DNA from: Kudoa neothunni
Lineage: Eukaryota; Animalia; Cnidaria
DNA: 64,000 nucleotides
Direction of reading: 5' to 3'
NCBI GenBank assembly: GCA_964304625.1
Contig: OZ199838.1
Coordinates: 4,919,489 to 4,983,488, forward strand
Within the stretch, counting starts at the first letter, position 1; each line of letters opens with the position of its first letter. The notes beneath the pieces are model-generated. The model saw only the letters and a list, made by a program, of their open reading frames with translations, was not told the DNA's origin and ran no database searches. The position numbers were made by a program, and so were the translations under genes. Positions 12,121 through 26,618 of this stretch are shown piece by piece.

Positions 12121-12575
12121 TAAACGTAACTTTTTTAAAAATTCGACGAGTAAAACCGATTGATTTTAATCTAGAAATACGATCCCTACTTGTAATCAAG
12201 CGACAGTTACATCTTTATGTGGAAGTACTGCATACCAGAGTGTACCCACCTGCAACATGCTAAATAATCCTTTTATAATCCAACCAACATTTGTTCATAT
12301 AATTACATTTAAAATCTCTTAAAAGTATTAGAAATTAGCTACAATGCTATGACCCGCCAACGAAGGTGTAGAATAACTCCAAATAAAATAAACGTTTTTG
12401 AGCACTAAAGATTAACCATACAAAATCTTGCGTTGAAAATGCTATTTAACTCCAATTTTGGTGGGAAAAAAAACAAATAATATAATATAATAAGCAGTTA
12501 ATCACTATATTTTCTAATGTATTATTTATATCCATTAGAAATCGCGTTCAATGGAATGACAAAGAAAAGGTCCAT

Positions 12576-12937
12576 TTATAATTTAAGAAACTGTTTAACT
12601 TGCTCGCTTTCAACAGCGTCAGCCAACATTGCATAGTTCTAAATTCCAATTAAGGCCCTAACATTAAATCCAAGAGAAATACACCACAGTATTCATTTCC
12701 ATTAAAAATTTGAGGAGCCAAAGCTTTAGGATCACTGCAACCCGCTCTCATTTCATCCAAATACTTCTTATCCGACGCTACATCAATAAACTCCACGTCG
12801 TTGGTTTGGCTAGTGACAATTTGTTTGATGAACTGTTGTTCTGATTGTAACTACGTAAATGGATAATAGAAAATTTTTATTATTATTAATACATTTCGAT
12901 TTGGTGACATAGTTGAAACATATACTCGAATAACCAT
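12576..12937 (-). CDS. SH3BGRL3: SH3BGR-family glutaredoxin-like protein (SH3BGRL3-like, 3 exons)
   Basis: MVIRVYVSTMSPNRN/LQSEQQFIKQIVTSQTNDVEFIDVASDKKYLDEMRAGCSDPKALAPQIFNGNEYCG/NYAMLADAVESEQVKQFLKL*. Confidence 0.88.
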
Positions 12938-13494
12938 TTTGTAATACTGACAATTTTCGTTATCCTCTTTTGCGAAGGTATTCGAACACACCAACCCCTC
13001 AGTTCAGCCAGTGATGGGATTAGTTTAGGAATTGTATTTGTCGTGAAATATTAATATTCGGATGATAAATTTTTATTTACTATAAATTAAAAAGTAGGTA
13101 ATTATATAACATCTTCAATAATATTATTGTAAACAATGTTACAATTACAGATAAGGTATCTCGTCACATAGCCTCTGCGCATGCTAATTATATTATCATT
13201 AATCCATTAACTTGTTGGGAAATGGTTGTTACGCCGATTAAATTATAGATTGAATAGTCGATGATTTTACATATATTATATAATAATTAATTTACTGTCG
13301 AAATAACTTTTAACATACACTAATACACATAAACTAAGTAGTATACAAAAAAACGTCTTGCGACAGTTTGTAAACAAAAATAAGACTCTACCAATTTTTA
13401 ATGTATTAGTGCATGGCGATTTATTTAAGATAAATCTATTAACAATTACAAAAAAAAGTTTCGAAAATGGTATAAATAACTTTAGATATTTTAA

Positions 13495-15506
13495 CTCTCG
13501 TACGCACATTGGTGTCAAAATTGGGCCCAGCCTTTTTTTATACGCAATTTTCTTAACATCTCACCTGCATAACTGTGAGTATTTTCCCCTAATTTATGTT
13601 ATTATTGTATTAACTTAAAATATTTACTGAAATAATGATAATAATAAAATAAATATTAAACACTATTAAATCATCGAAGCATCAAAACTTCCGTTCCCAC
13701 ATTGGGGGTCATTTTTTACCTCCACCCTTTATTGGAAAATCTATGATAATTAATCCGTTATTGATATGTATAATACAAAGTGTAGTTATTAAATATTGAT
13801 TTAATTTTAAAAATAAGTAAAATAATTTCGAAAAAGAGATAAATCTGTGAGTTTTTAGTATGTCAAACGAAGCTCGGATTCAAAATCAGTTGAACTTGGG
13901 TCTGTTTTAGAGATGGAAAAAGATGAACATGGAATTCTATTGGATGACATTGATTCTGAGTCTATCGACTGTTTAATTGAAAATTCTGGATCCTATTATG
14001 ACGATTCGGATAATGAAGCAGAATACAGTACTGAATTAATTGCCACGTTGACTTCGAAAAACGGAGAAAAATGGTCTAAAAAACGAAGAACTGAGACGGA
14101 AAATATTTTTAAGTGCTAGCTAGGCCTCAAATCACATGTGCTAAAACGATCGGATACCCGACTCAATCTTTTTAAACTTTTTTGAAAACGAAATCCTTGA
14201 TTTTATTGTTGAATGTACCAGTCATTACATAAAAACCATATTTCACTAAATCAACTTCTATTATCAAAGTATGGTCAATCTACAATAAATCAGTCAATCT
14301 CCATTAATTTATTTGAAAAAATATCTTCGTGTATGCGGTTTGATAAAAGATAGTCCAGAATACAGGATGATAAATTGGTTCATATAAAAGAAGTTTTTGA
14401 ATACTTTATTGAAAATCGTCGAAAAAATTATACACCAAATGAACAAATGACCGTTGATGAGCAAGTGGTGACATTTAGAGGGAGATGCGGTTTCAAAATG
14501 TACATTCCAAATAAACCTGAACGGTACGGTATGGTGTTAAAATGTGGGCTTTGTGCGACTCAAAAAATTCCTACCTATTCAATGAAAAGGTGTATCTTTG
14601 AAAAGAAAATGGTGAAGTACAGTTTAATCATGGGGAAAATGTCGTAAAAACTTTATGTGAACAGATTCTTAAATCTTGTCGAAATATTACCACAGATAAT
14701 TATTTCGCTACTCTTTCCCATGCAAGATTTCTATTTGGACAAAAATTGACAACTGTAGGAACTGTTCGAAAAAATAAAAAAATTTTTAATATCAGAGTTT
14801 CAAATGCCAAAAGGAAATGGAGATAATAGCCTGTTCCTGTTTCAAGATAAGGTCACACTCGTCAAATACAACCCTAAGAAAACCAGATCAGTTGAATTGT
14901 TGTCAACACTCCACAGAGATGTGAATATTGATGAAGAAAGTAAAAAATCCGAAATTATATCTTACTATAATTCTACAAAATGTGGAGCTGATATTCTTGA
15001 TTGAGTAGTAAGATGTTTTTCGGTAAAAAGAAAAACACGAAGGTGGCCAATGGCTCTTTTCTATAATTTGTTACACATCGCTGCATATAATACCTACTTG
15101 TTGTATTGTCAAAAGCATCCCGCATTTTTGAATAAATATAGAAAACGAGCCAGAAGAGAATTTCTAAAATTACTCGCAGACGGGCTTTTACCACCTATAA
15201 GTCCTGAAACAGGCAGTCCATATTTAAAAGGGCCTAAAATCTTACAAAACAAAGATAGAAAGTGGTGCCAAATTTATATTCTTTCGAGGAGATTGAAAAC
15301 GTCAGCGCAGTACAAATTATGCAATAAAATGTGTCGCTAACTTCACAATAAAGAAGAAATAATTTGTATTGAATGGTTAAACTCAGAAAATATCAATTAG
15401 AATTTTTTGAATCTTAAAAAGGTTTTCATGTGTTAAGTTAACCCGCAATGGGGGTCATTTTTGATCCCACTAAAAAATTAAAATTTTTTGCGCATGTGTA
15501 CGAGGG
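13495..15506 (+). mobile_element. Full-length but inactivated piggyBac transposon
   Basis: TTAA|CTCTCGTACGCACAT ... ATGTGTACGAGGG|TTAA; transposase fragments TVDEQVVTFRGRCGFKMYIPNKPERYG, TDNYF, YNSTKCGAD, RWPMALFYNLLHIAAYN; frameshifted. Confidence 0.92.
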
Positions 15507-18500
15507 TTAATGTAAAACATAAAATTTACGTTATTTCTTCCATTAAAATGACATTTACATTTTATTCTATCCATAAGATTACTTTATCTGTGTTACATTA
15601 GCGTAACTCAGATTATTTATCAAATATTTGTCCCGTTAATTCTAATCCCAACTTAAGCTAATTCATTATTATGTAAAACAACCTAAACTATCATTTATCT
15701 GAAATTTAAATAAATTTATTTATAAATGGGGAATACTTTTACAATTTAAATCCTTAATTTACAATTGTATTGCAAATATAATACAATATACAACAAGAAT
15801 GGATTATTTATTTTCTGGAGGAGTATATAACAATACCAAAATAGACTGATTCTTGAAACAATATTGAGCACTTAATACAAGATAATGATTTCAACATCTT
15901 TTCTTCATTATTTTGTAATAAATTCGGTTCGAATGAATCATATTTTTGGACTATATACTGTTTCGTCAAAATTTTTCTGTTGGCGGTAGTCCTCTCGCAC
16001 GAAGTACTCAACTAAATTGGTACTACTACCAAAAAAATGCATAATTTGTTATCTTCCATATAATTTTAGATATTTTAGGAAACTTATAGAAAACATTTAG
16101 GTTATTAAAATATAATCGGAAATATTTTCAACCATTTAAACATGGTCTTTAATGATTGCGATATAAATAGGAGTATGAACTGAAAAAATGTCCTACTAAG
16201 CAACAAATATATCGATATGCCGCAAGAGAATGGATGTATTAACCCGGTATCCTACAATCTTTTTTAGTCTTGAACCGAATTTTTTCAAAAAAACTGCTGG
16301 TGACACATGTAATTATTATAAATCGTAGCTATAATTAAACATCCACAAATTCAGAATTATTGTATATTAAAATAATAATTTATACAATTATATATACAAT
16401 AAAATATCGTTAATAAAATCATCAAAGTGTTTTTAATTTAATTCTTAATATTTATTTTCTATTAATGATGCAAATGATTCGGTTATATTGTTGTTAGACG
16501 TTTTCAAGCCTTAATCTTTATTTTTAGGCAATGTCATTGCATCACCAAAAATGCCCTTTATCGATTCATCGCTCGCTCATTCTTGTCATTAATATCATTA
16601 TCTCTTATATGAAGTTAAATTTTAATAAATGATTATCCATAACTGTATGATTATTTATCTGTTAATTTTTAAATCTTTACGAAAAGGTGTAATCAATAAT
16701 TGATTGGAAATAACAAGTATTTGTTAACTTAATTCTGCCAATATCTGGTGCAATGAACATATGTAATTTTTTGGCTCATAAATTCAGCGTTATCTAATTA
16801 TCTAATATAATTTATCTATAAAACTTTTTCAGTTTTATTAATTTGTAAAATATGATAAAAATTTTAGAAATATAACACTACAATTACTTTAGTCGTCAGA
16901 AAAAGGTGAATTTTAAAAGAAAATTTGATACTCTGCACATAACAAGTGAAATAAATGGAAAATATAGGATCAATTGAATGAGAACAAATATAAAGACCAT
17001 AATTAATTTGTTGTATAATAATTTAATTTCATAATTAATATTAGTGTGTCATATGCTTGCAATAATACTTTATTTAAAAAAATTAAGGACCGAATAAACA
17101 ATAAATTGAAGATTTGACATGTATTATTTTAACACTGGTAAAGCTCAGAATGTTTGAACTATATTTATTTGATTTTCTCTAATGTTAAAAAAGAATTTGT
17201 CTATTGGTAACTATTCTAACAACGCTGTTCATTTATTTCATCAATTTTAAGTAATTTTAAATTATTATTACTTACAATTTATGTATCATTTTTTTATATT
17301 TAGTTTAATTTAAAACAAATTCATCATTGATTTTAGAGATAAAATAAAATCTCTTGTGATCCATTCGCGCATTAAATTATCAACTTTAAAGAGTTTTTTC
17401 TTGAATATTAAGTAAACAACATCTTTTTATGGAATACTAATTATGTTTAATTCCTGCTTAAATGATTGTTATTGTATTCTTTACATCTATTTTATAAAAT
17501 AAAACGTTTTATTGTAAAATTTCATATTAATTACATTATTTTTAATTTGTCGATATATATAATTTTTTTTAGCAACAGCCAAATTAAAAGGACAAAATCT
17601 AAAGGAAAATTTTAATCATATATTAACGGATCTTGAATTCTATCGGATTAAAAATACAGAAATTTCTTGTATCCGAATGAGCCAAATTTTTTTATATCAA
17701 TATAAATTTATTGATATTAATTTAAGAATAAACACTTATTAAAACCAAATATCTACCAAGTCACTATTCATACATATTCTAATTTTAGTTAATTAAATCA
17801 TTCTATATAACATTACTCAATAACTAATCATCGATTTCAAAAATATAAATTAGACTCTACTATAATGACAACATGGGGAAATTATTGGATATTATAAAAC
17901 AAACTTATTTGAATGATTCAAATCGTTTAATAAGTAATTTTACATCTTGATTTCTTATATAAAATTATGAACAACATATGTTAAAATTGGTTATTGCTCT
18001 ACTTTTTGTTTTATCGCTTCAATTTAATATCATAGTTCAACTAAAATTCGTTTAAATCTTTTAGTTTCATTCTTCATCTCCCTATGAAATGCATTTCTAG
18101 ATGTGTCATTAAAATAACAACTATATGAAACCACAAAAACTTGGAAATTAAATATAAGATTTATAGAAACCCCAAGAAATGAGATTATTTATTATTTCGT
18201 GAGAGGCAGTAACTGACTCCATTGGAACCCCTATTGATCGTTTCCAAGTCTTGTGATTAGAAGACTAAACCTTAATTATTTTCCTATTGGAGTTTTTTGC
18301 CATTTAATATCGAATAATAAATTATTTTAATAAATATAAACTCTAACTCGTTTTTATGTTAAAATCCGAATGTTAAACATATGTTTATAATCTGGTGTTG
18401 TTCTACACGACACGGACCCACGTCCACCGCACCGTCAATAATTACAATCTATTTTTCGTGACACGGAAAACTAGCACTGGTCCACAAATGAATCATATGA

Positions 18501-18635
18501 ATCTGGGTTGAGAAATACTGACCTAGAACAAGTTAACAAATACACTCGAAGTAGTTTACTAGGAGAATAATTTTACGCTTCACTCGTCAATAATCGGATT
18601 CATCAGCTAATTTGTTGTACATTGGAGTGGGTATA

Positions 18636-20007
18636 ATGGCATCCTATCAAGGTGGATCTAAAGACACACTCCGAGCTTATGCTTTAATAAAGCAACGAGA
18701 AAAGGAGAAGGAAGAGATTCAAAAGCGTAAAGAAGTGATAACAAAAGTACTGGATTAATTAAGCTGCACGAAAATATTTGAATATTTCGATAGAATTTAC
18801 AGCTGACTGGAATGAATAATAAATTCGTTGCCTACACAGAAACATTGGAAGATGAGCTGAGATCTAATATAGTTGGTAAGAATTCTCTAAAATCTGTTTC
18901 TATGACCCTATTGACGTATGTTAGGGCTCGTAACATTGGACGAAATGAGAGAGCGACAAGAACGTCTAATTAAAGAAAAGGAAATTAAAATTATAACTGA
19001 GACATTAAAGCTAGATTCGGATGCTATCGACGATTCAAATTCTGCAACCAAAAGGTCATCGCCATCTGGCGCCACCACCAAAAGTGTTCCTCACAAAAAG
19101 CACATGCTTTCATTTGTGATGGATGATGATTTTTCGGATGAAGAACACAATACTGCCGCAGTAATTGATAAGAAAACAGAAAAATCGAGTTCGTCACAAA
19201 ATATAACCAAAAAAATAAGCAAAAATCCAGAAGCTTGACATTAGTTATCTACCCGATAAAGATCGTGTTGTATGGATTTGGTTTGATTAATTGGCTTATA
19301 TTAAGCTATGTTATAGCAAAAGGAACGTTTAGAACGTGAAAGACTTATCAGCGAGTGGATTGAGCTCAACAAAAAAATAAAAGGTTTTAAATTGTTGTCT
19401 CTGTTTGTGTGTGAATTCATCTAGATGAGCGTGTTCTCATTTCATACATGTATTGGGATGGATCGGGTCATAGAAAAAGTTGTTGTGTATATATACAATT
19501 CATTCTAATGTCATCTATTACTCTAATATTTTTTTTGCTATAGGTTACTAAGGGTGCCACTATACAAGACATACTACAATTGTGTCTTGTGGATTTACAG
19601 GATGAATTTCTTGATTTGAAGAGTGTTTCGGTTGAAAAACTCATGTTTATCAAAGAAGATTTAATCATTCCTCATGTATTTGTTGCATTTTGTTATTGTT
19701 TAACAGTTGACAATACTTTCTACCTCTAGCATTACAATGTCTATGATTTTATTGTAAGCAAATATAAAAATGATGAAAGTGGTGTACAAATTTTTAATTT
19801 TGATAACCCTATCAATAAAAACAACCCAGATATGCCTCAAATTGAAAAGGCTGAAGTATTTTTGTTGATTTTTTATTTTAATCATAAGTCTATATTTAGG
19901 CATTACCCGCAAAAGTTTGTCTTCGCAGCTGGTACAATCGAAATAAGCACATTTATCCAGCAAGTTTATGGAAACCTTTTGACCCTGATAGATGTGCACA
20001 GTTGTAA
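18636..20007 (+). CDS. FAM50: FAM50/XAP5 family nuclear protein (contains an apparent +1 frame break at 19233-19239)
   Basis: [24 protein letters not shown]..., [70 protein letters not shown] are XAP5 hallmarks. Confidence 0.92.
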
Positions 20008-20937
20008 CTTTTGTTTTGAGATGAAATTATTTCAGTGTATGTTTTTTCGGAAAAAAAAATAAATTTTTGTATCCAATTAATGTATGACTAATTGTTGAAA
20101 AACAAAATAACGTGTAACAGCTATCATAACAAATTTCATTCTTTTAACTTTTTCCATTTTATGAATATCAAATTTTTTTGTATATAAAACAATTCTACAA
20201 GATCTTATTAGGTGTATAACAAGATAAAAGAATTTGATCGTGTACAATACTTTTGATTAAAAAATCAACTTAAGTTACTGGCCTAACTGCATTCCCGTTA
20301 TCGTATGGATTCTATAGAGAAATACATCAAGTAATACTTTTATAGTGACGAGTGTACAAAATGTTTAATTTTTAATTTTACGGAGAATGCTTAATATTTT
20401 TCATTGAATCGTATTAAATAGGGGGTAGGGCAGGACTCTGAGAAGCGTTTCACATTGTCCCTAAAGGGCATATTAGGTTATTATTGAATAAATATCTTAT
20501 GTCATTTAAATTCAACTGATATATAAAGAATATTTCATATTTTTGTCTACCACAAGAATTTAATTATTCATTAACGATTTTTCACTAAAATTAATCCTAA
20601 TTAAAAACATAAAAGTTAGAGCTTATGTCCATGCAATATATTCATCCTAATTGATTTTTGTTCATTAAATAACAGCTTTGTTCTCTAAAATCATTATCTT
20701 ATAATTATTGTTGTTATTAGTATTATTAAAGTTTTGAAGCAGAATCGAAGTTAATCAAATGATTGATATCTTTGGAGATACTACTAAGGTTAAATTCGAA
20801 CAAAATCTATGTGGTCCACTTTCAAATAATAATAAAGAAAATCTTAAAATATATCTATGATAACAAATTAATGATTAAAAAAACTAATTCATTTTATTTT
20901 TATTTCAACGTGTAAAATTAATATATTATCGTTGATA

Positions 20938-22806
20938 CCGTCGAACATGGATTTTGCGTAATTTCACAAGTTTATTGAAATATAACGTATATCTTAGATT
21001 TTTTAATTAAACATTGCGTATATACTATTTAAATAGACGTTAACAAAGCAAGCTAAGATAAAAAGTTGTTACTAACAAAGTAAAAATTTAAGATATTGCG
21101 CTAAAACTAAAATCTCTCTATTGCGTAACATTTTGTTTAGTTTAATCCCAGCTTAATCTTCTTTTCGAATTCTGCGAAACAAAAATGGCAAAGAACCAGC
21201 GAACGGTGGCTGAAAAAATTGAAATTATCCAATACTATAATTCAATTAAATCTCTTAAAGGAGCAAAAGCAATGACTGTTAAATATTTCAAGCTATCTAG
21301 TAATATAAAATTATCTAACCCCATTAAAGTATATTTGCAGGGCACTTTAAATTTGATAGGATTTTAGCTGCTCAAAATTATATTATTAATTCTACTGTTT
21401 CAGCTACAAGAAAAATAATGAAAGAAGGCAAATACAGGGAGTTGGACAATTTGCTCTATGCGTGGATCACTAAAATGCGAAATCAGAAGATTGTCCTAGC
21501 ATACTTAACTGTTTAAAAGGCCAAAAGTATCGCTAAATCTATAGGGCTTGATGGGTTTGCCGGTAGTAATAGTTGGTTCGTGGGATTTAAAAATAGATAC
21601 TGTATTCATTATAAAAAATTGCACGGTGGAGCCAGCAGTGTGAATAATCAAACTGTACTGGATTTTTTGGTTAAATTTCCAGAAATCTCACTAGGATACA
21701 AAAAATGCAACATAATAAATATGGATAAAACGTCTCTTTTTTATGAACAGTTACTCTGACACACGTATACTCTAAATGACGAATTCGACGTAAAAGGAAT
21801 GAAACAATCCAAGAAAAGGGTTACCGTTCTTGTATCTACGTCTTTAACAGGAGAAAAATTCCCCCTTATTGTAATAGGGAAGTATTAAAAATCCAAGTGT
21901 TTTAATAAATCAGAGCCACTTCCTTTGAAATATTATGCACAAAAAATGCTTGGATGTCTTCTGGAATTTTTTATGATGTCCTTAAATCCTATGATAAAAA
22001 ATTCCAAGAGGGAAAGAGGAAAGTTCTAATATTATTGGATCAGTGCCCTGTGCATCCACAAAATCTTCATGAATTTGAAAATGTTAAACTGGTATTTTTA
22101 CCTAAAAACACCGCAAGTGTACTACAACCAATGGACCTTGGTGTCATACGCAGTTTAAAACGCCAGTACCGTAAAATTTTGACAACCTATCAATTATCTG
22201 AAGACAACAATTCAGACTTAATTAAGTATACCGTTTTGGAATGTATAAAAACTTTGAAGCAGGCATGGGAAAAGGTATCTTCGACTACCATTCAAAATTG
22301 TTTCAGAAAATCTAGATTTTTCGAGCATTGTAATTCCATCCTTTGTAACCCTGAATTAAAAATTATTAGATGGTAAAAATTTTGTCACACTTTTACATTG
22401 TTCATCAACCTTATTTTTTAGATAAAAAATTTGACGAAATCAACAACATTGAAGAGGAGAAAAAGATAGATTTTCCTGAAACGCACAAAACCGATAAATT
22501 TAAAGAGAATGTCGACCCGGATTTTGTAAAAGATGGAACGCTTGTGTCAACTTTGGAACTTAAACAAGCGATCAATTTAATCAGAAAAGCTTTTATGCAA
22601 GAAAACCCAAAAGCATTATTTTCAGCGCATCCAGTTATGGATCCCATATCTTAAATAATTAAAAAAGGCATAAACAGAAGGAAATTACTAGTCATTTTAA
22701 ACAAAAATAAATTTTTGTTCTTATACATAACGCGCATGCGCCGATACCATATATTGCGTAATTTTTTTCCATTCCCAAAAAATTACGCAATATCCAGGTT
22801 CGACTA
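20938..22806 (+). mobile_element. Tigger/pogo (CENP-B/DDE_1) DNA transposon, inactivated
   Basis: TA|CCGTCGAACATGGATTTTGCGTAATT and AATTACGCAATATCCAGGTTCGACTA|TA; transposase fragments from 21185 including LLDQCPVH and LQPMDLGVIRSLK. Confidence 0.92.
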
Positions 22807-25005
22807 TAGTTTGTTACACCACACGTTTAACGTAACTGTATTGCTTCTCGAATGAGCTCAAAAATTAAATTTCATGTTTTTGTACGGCTTTCTACCACTA
22901 AAATTTATATTTGAATAGCTGTATCATTACAAGAATCTAAATTTTTGAAAATATCAAGGCCTTACTAGTTACATTCCAAAAAATTGGATTTTTCTTATTA
23001 TTTCTACTAATATTAACATTTTTATAGGAAATTACTAGAAAATATTAGCTATATTCGTTGCTTCCATCAGTAATCCAATGTAGTTAACGAACTAGGCTAG
23101 CCCCTCTGAACTTAAAATCTAACTCGCAGCCCTCATTTTATGATGAGGCGATTTGCACTAAAATAAACTTTATAGACCAATTCAAAATAACAGTGAAAAA
23201 ATAATTACAAATTAAGTATAGATGATTCGGTTGCAATTGAATATTTTATTTTAAACCATGTTTACATCAGAGAATTGGAAATTTTTTTTCTGTTTATGCC
23301 GCAAAAATCCTGGGCGCACTTTTTGGACAAGATTAATTTTCCTCAGCGAGTACTCACATGTTCGAATATAAAATATCAGATTGCACAGCTTGGGTAACGA
23401 TTTAATTCTTATTTGGATACCAGATGACACCATATTTGGCCACGACCTAAGTGATATGATTCTGAGCATTTCTCTGTACATGAGTGCATAGGAAGGTAAC
23501 GAACCATCATCGACCAGAATCTGCTAAATCCTATCATAAACTCCTACAATATTAACTACCTTGATATTTTAAAAGTCTAAGTCCAATGGGGCACATCGTA
23601 CATCCGGCCCCTTCAGGGATGTTGTCTCTGAGGTGATTTTTATAAATTATCGTAAATTTAAACTAATTTAGAGCTTAAATTATCAACAAATGTATTGCGT
23701 ACAATTTGTTAATATCATTAAGTTGACATTACTGCAAATATTTCAATCACTCATTCTGAATAATAGATTTTAAGTGGTTTATTATTTGAATCACAATTGT
23801 TCCTACACACTATAGGAAGTGATTGAAAAGCGTAGACTCTCATTTATAGTCGTTTAAGCGTTCAAAAAATGAAAATGTTGGATTAATTTTAAAAATTCTC
23901 TCTTCACTATGTCATGGTGAAATTCCGTCCCATCGAGTTATGAAGCACTAATTTAAGAGTTCTGGTAAGGTGAAAATTGTTCCATGTACTAGCTGTTATA
24001 GCTATTAATTATGTATAGAAAGATTCGTCCGACCATAATTAAACATATGGAGGACTCACATAGGAAATGATGGAATTCGTTACGAAGGATTCTTTTGTTA
24101 AAGGTTACTCCCAACAAATTTAAATGCAAAAGTCTGAACCCCCTCCCCCAAATTAAAAAATTTTTATCCAACCCAACACAACAGAACCCGTTAGAATTAT
24201 TTCCTGTTCACCACCATTTTTACTCTTAATTCGATCAAATCCCCCATCAACTTGATAACCACAATAATATAAGTGTGAGAAACGCAATATTCAATCAAGA
24301 ACTAGAATTTAAACTTTAAACTCTCATTTTTTTAACAATTTAAAAATACAAAGATGGACCAGTGATAACAAGAGCACGATGAAATATTATAAAGAGTTTT
24401 ATGGTTTGCACTATTCAGAACCAATCTCTCAAACCTATATTTGAAGATCATACAAAATTTTCTACACTTATTTGGATTTTAAGATAGTTACTTTATAAAA
24501 ATGGATAAAATAATTAATAATATATTGGCGCATGCACATACGCATATAAATCGAGATGTCGACAATATTTAGAAAGTAATTTCTCCAAAATTTAATTCGG
24601 TAGCTCAGACGATTATTTAAGATCCTCTGTTTTCAAGAATTACGAAAATTGATTTTTATTCTCTTGGATGGTAATATGGGAGTTAAATGTCACCAATGAA
24701 ATTTGCACATGATGTAACAAATTTTATGGGATACTTACCCATCCCAAAGAACTTCATTACTTTGAACCCTAATGAACTTTATAATTAAATAATCAATCAC
24801 CTACGCTATTGATCTTCTAGTAATAAAATAGAAACCACGATTAATCGATTTGCAACAAAACTTCACTTCACCCCCTACAATATAGCGATAAGCACTATCA
24901 AGCAGTTATATATACTTATATTATTTTGAAAATTGTGCAAAAATCGTTTTAAAATAAAGCAATAACGCACATTAAACAAAACAACAAATTGTCGTTAATA
25001 GTCGT

Positions 25006-25869
25006 ATGAGTTTGATTGGAACCATGGAGGATTTAGCAAAAATTGCAATTGTTGGAAATTGCAGTAAGTTAATGATAGATTTAATCATAAAATTAAATAA
25101 TATATTTTGAAGCGGTAGGGAAGACATCATTAGTAAAACATTTTTGTACAGGGCATCCTTCCAAAAATACGGAACCTACTATAGGTTGTGATATTGAAGT
25201 GTTGGTATGGATGTTGGATTGATTTATAGATTTTTATTCAATTTAGATGTACGAATATAAGCCATCTAATGGATTGCCAAAAAACTTTTTTATTGAGATC
25301 CACGATGTTAGTGGCTCAGATGATTTTTCCAGCTGCTATCATTTGTATTTGAAGAACATTGACGGAATTATTTTGGTACATGATCTCACCAACCAAAAAT
25401 CCACAGCAAGTCTTAGCAGATGGCTTTGGTTGGTGTTAGAACAATGTTCATCACCTCTCCTTAGAATCCATTCGCTTGGGTGGGATTTAATTGATTAAAA
25501 AATTATAAACCGAGCATCGCATATTTAGAGAGGAATCGCTTCTCTCAACAAAAGTAGATTTTCCCGTTCTTATTGTTGGCACTAAGCAGGTATTTGAGTC
25601 GGTCAATACGATCGTCGAATTTCGCGTATAAGTTGATTGAGGCTATTCTCCCGGTAAAATTTAATATCGGAATATGTGCGCAATCGCCTGAATTATTTTT
25701 TATTAGTGTAATATTCATAGTTAGATTAGCCACAATGTTTTATAATTCCAATCCCAATCCGCCTGGTTATCAATTGCCATTTACCATGCTACTTCTAGTT
25801 CGTGTTGAAATAAGACTCCTTCATGATATTGAATTTATTAAAAATCCCTCTAATTATTGTATTTTTTAA
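25006..25869 (+). CDS. RABL3: Rab-like protein 3 (3' end uncertain)
   Basis: KIAIVGNCTVGKTSLV (P-loop), PTIGCDIEV, IEIHDVSGS, IDGIILVHDLTNQKS..SLSRW, FPVLIVGTKQ match RABL3; tiny introns. Confidence 0.85.
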
Positions 25870-26618
25870 ATAATCTTGAATTTAATAAATAATTAAAAAC
25901 TTGATATAGCGAAATGTATCTATATTGGATCTTATTTTCGATTTATGAAAAATTCTTATTCAGGCGGGCAGATATAGATAAGAATGTTTTTGTCTATAAA
26001 ATTATGTATAAGGCCATATGTACACAATTTTAGCAATCAATGTATAAAATCAACAAAATATTTTAATATTAATTAAGAATTTTATTATCTACTCAGAATT
26101 TATAAACCGAAACTCACAAAGTAAAAATATTCTATTCCTAGTCCAACTTCTTTAGTAATAAGGCCTAACCTATTATTAACTTTACATTAAAAACTCTCTT
26201 GACTTGGTTTAATTTTAAGTGTAGCTTTTATATACAAATAAAAACTATAATAAAAAAAGATCATATAACATTTTAAAATCTAGCTTTTTCTAGTTGTTGT
26301 CTGTGGGGATAGCCATTTCAACCGATACTCTTAATTTTTGCCGATCATGCTACATAATCATTTAGGATTTGAATCCAAATTGGGTCGACAAAAAACACTA
26401 TATCGAACAAATTCAATTTCAATACAACTGCCAATCAATAAAAATAGTAATTGTTTTATTGTATTTAAATCTATGTGCCATTCTTGTAGAATACTCAAAG
26501 TGAATCAGCATCATTTATTCGACCTCACACGAAATCAGGAAAAGTGTTTGATGATTTTTTTGGTGCAGTCATCAGTCACAAACTCAAATCGAATTGATTT
26601 TTTATTATATAAATTTTT

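Noticed and set aside
15520-18520. AT-rich stretch with faint Merlin- and hAT-like scraps (e.g. GGTTGAGAAATACTG near 18506)
   Set aside because: Too decayed to define boundaries or family.
24730-24742. ATACTTACC resembling the U1 snRNA 5' end
   Set aside because: No U1 stem-loops or Sm site follow; it is simply the reverse complement of a GTAAGTAT donor.
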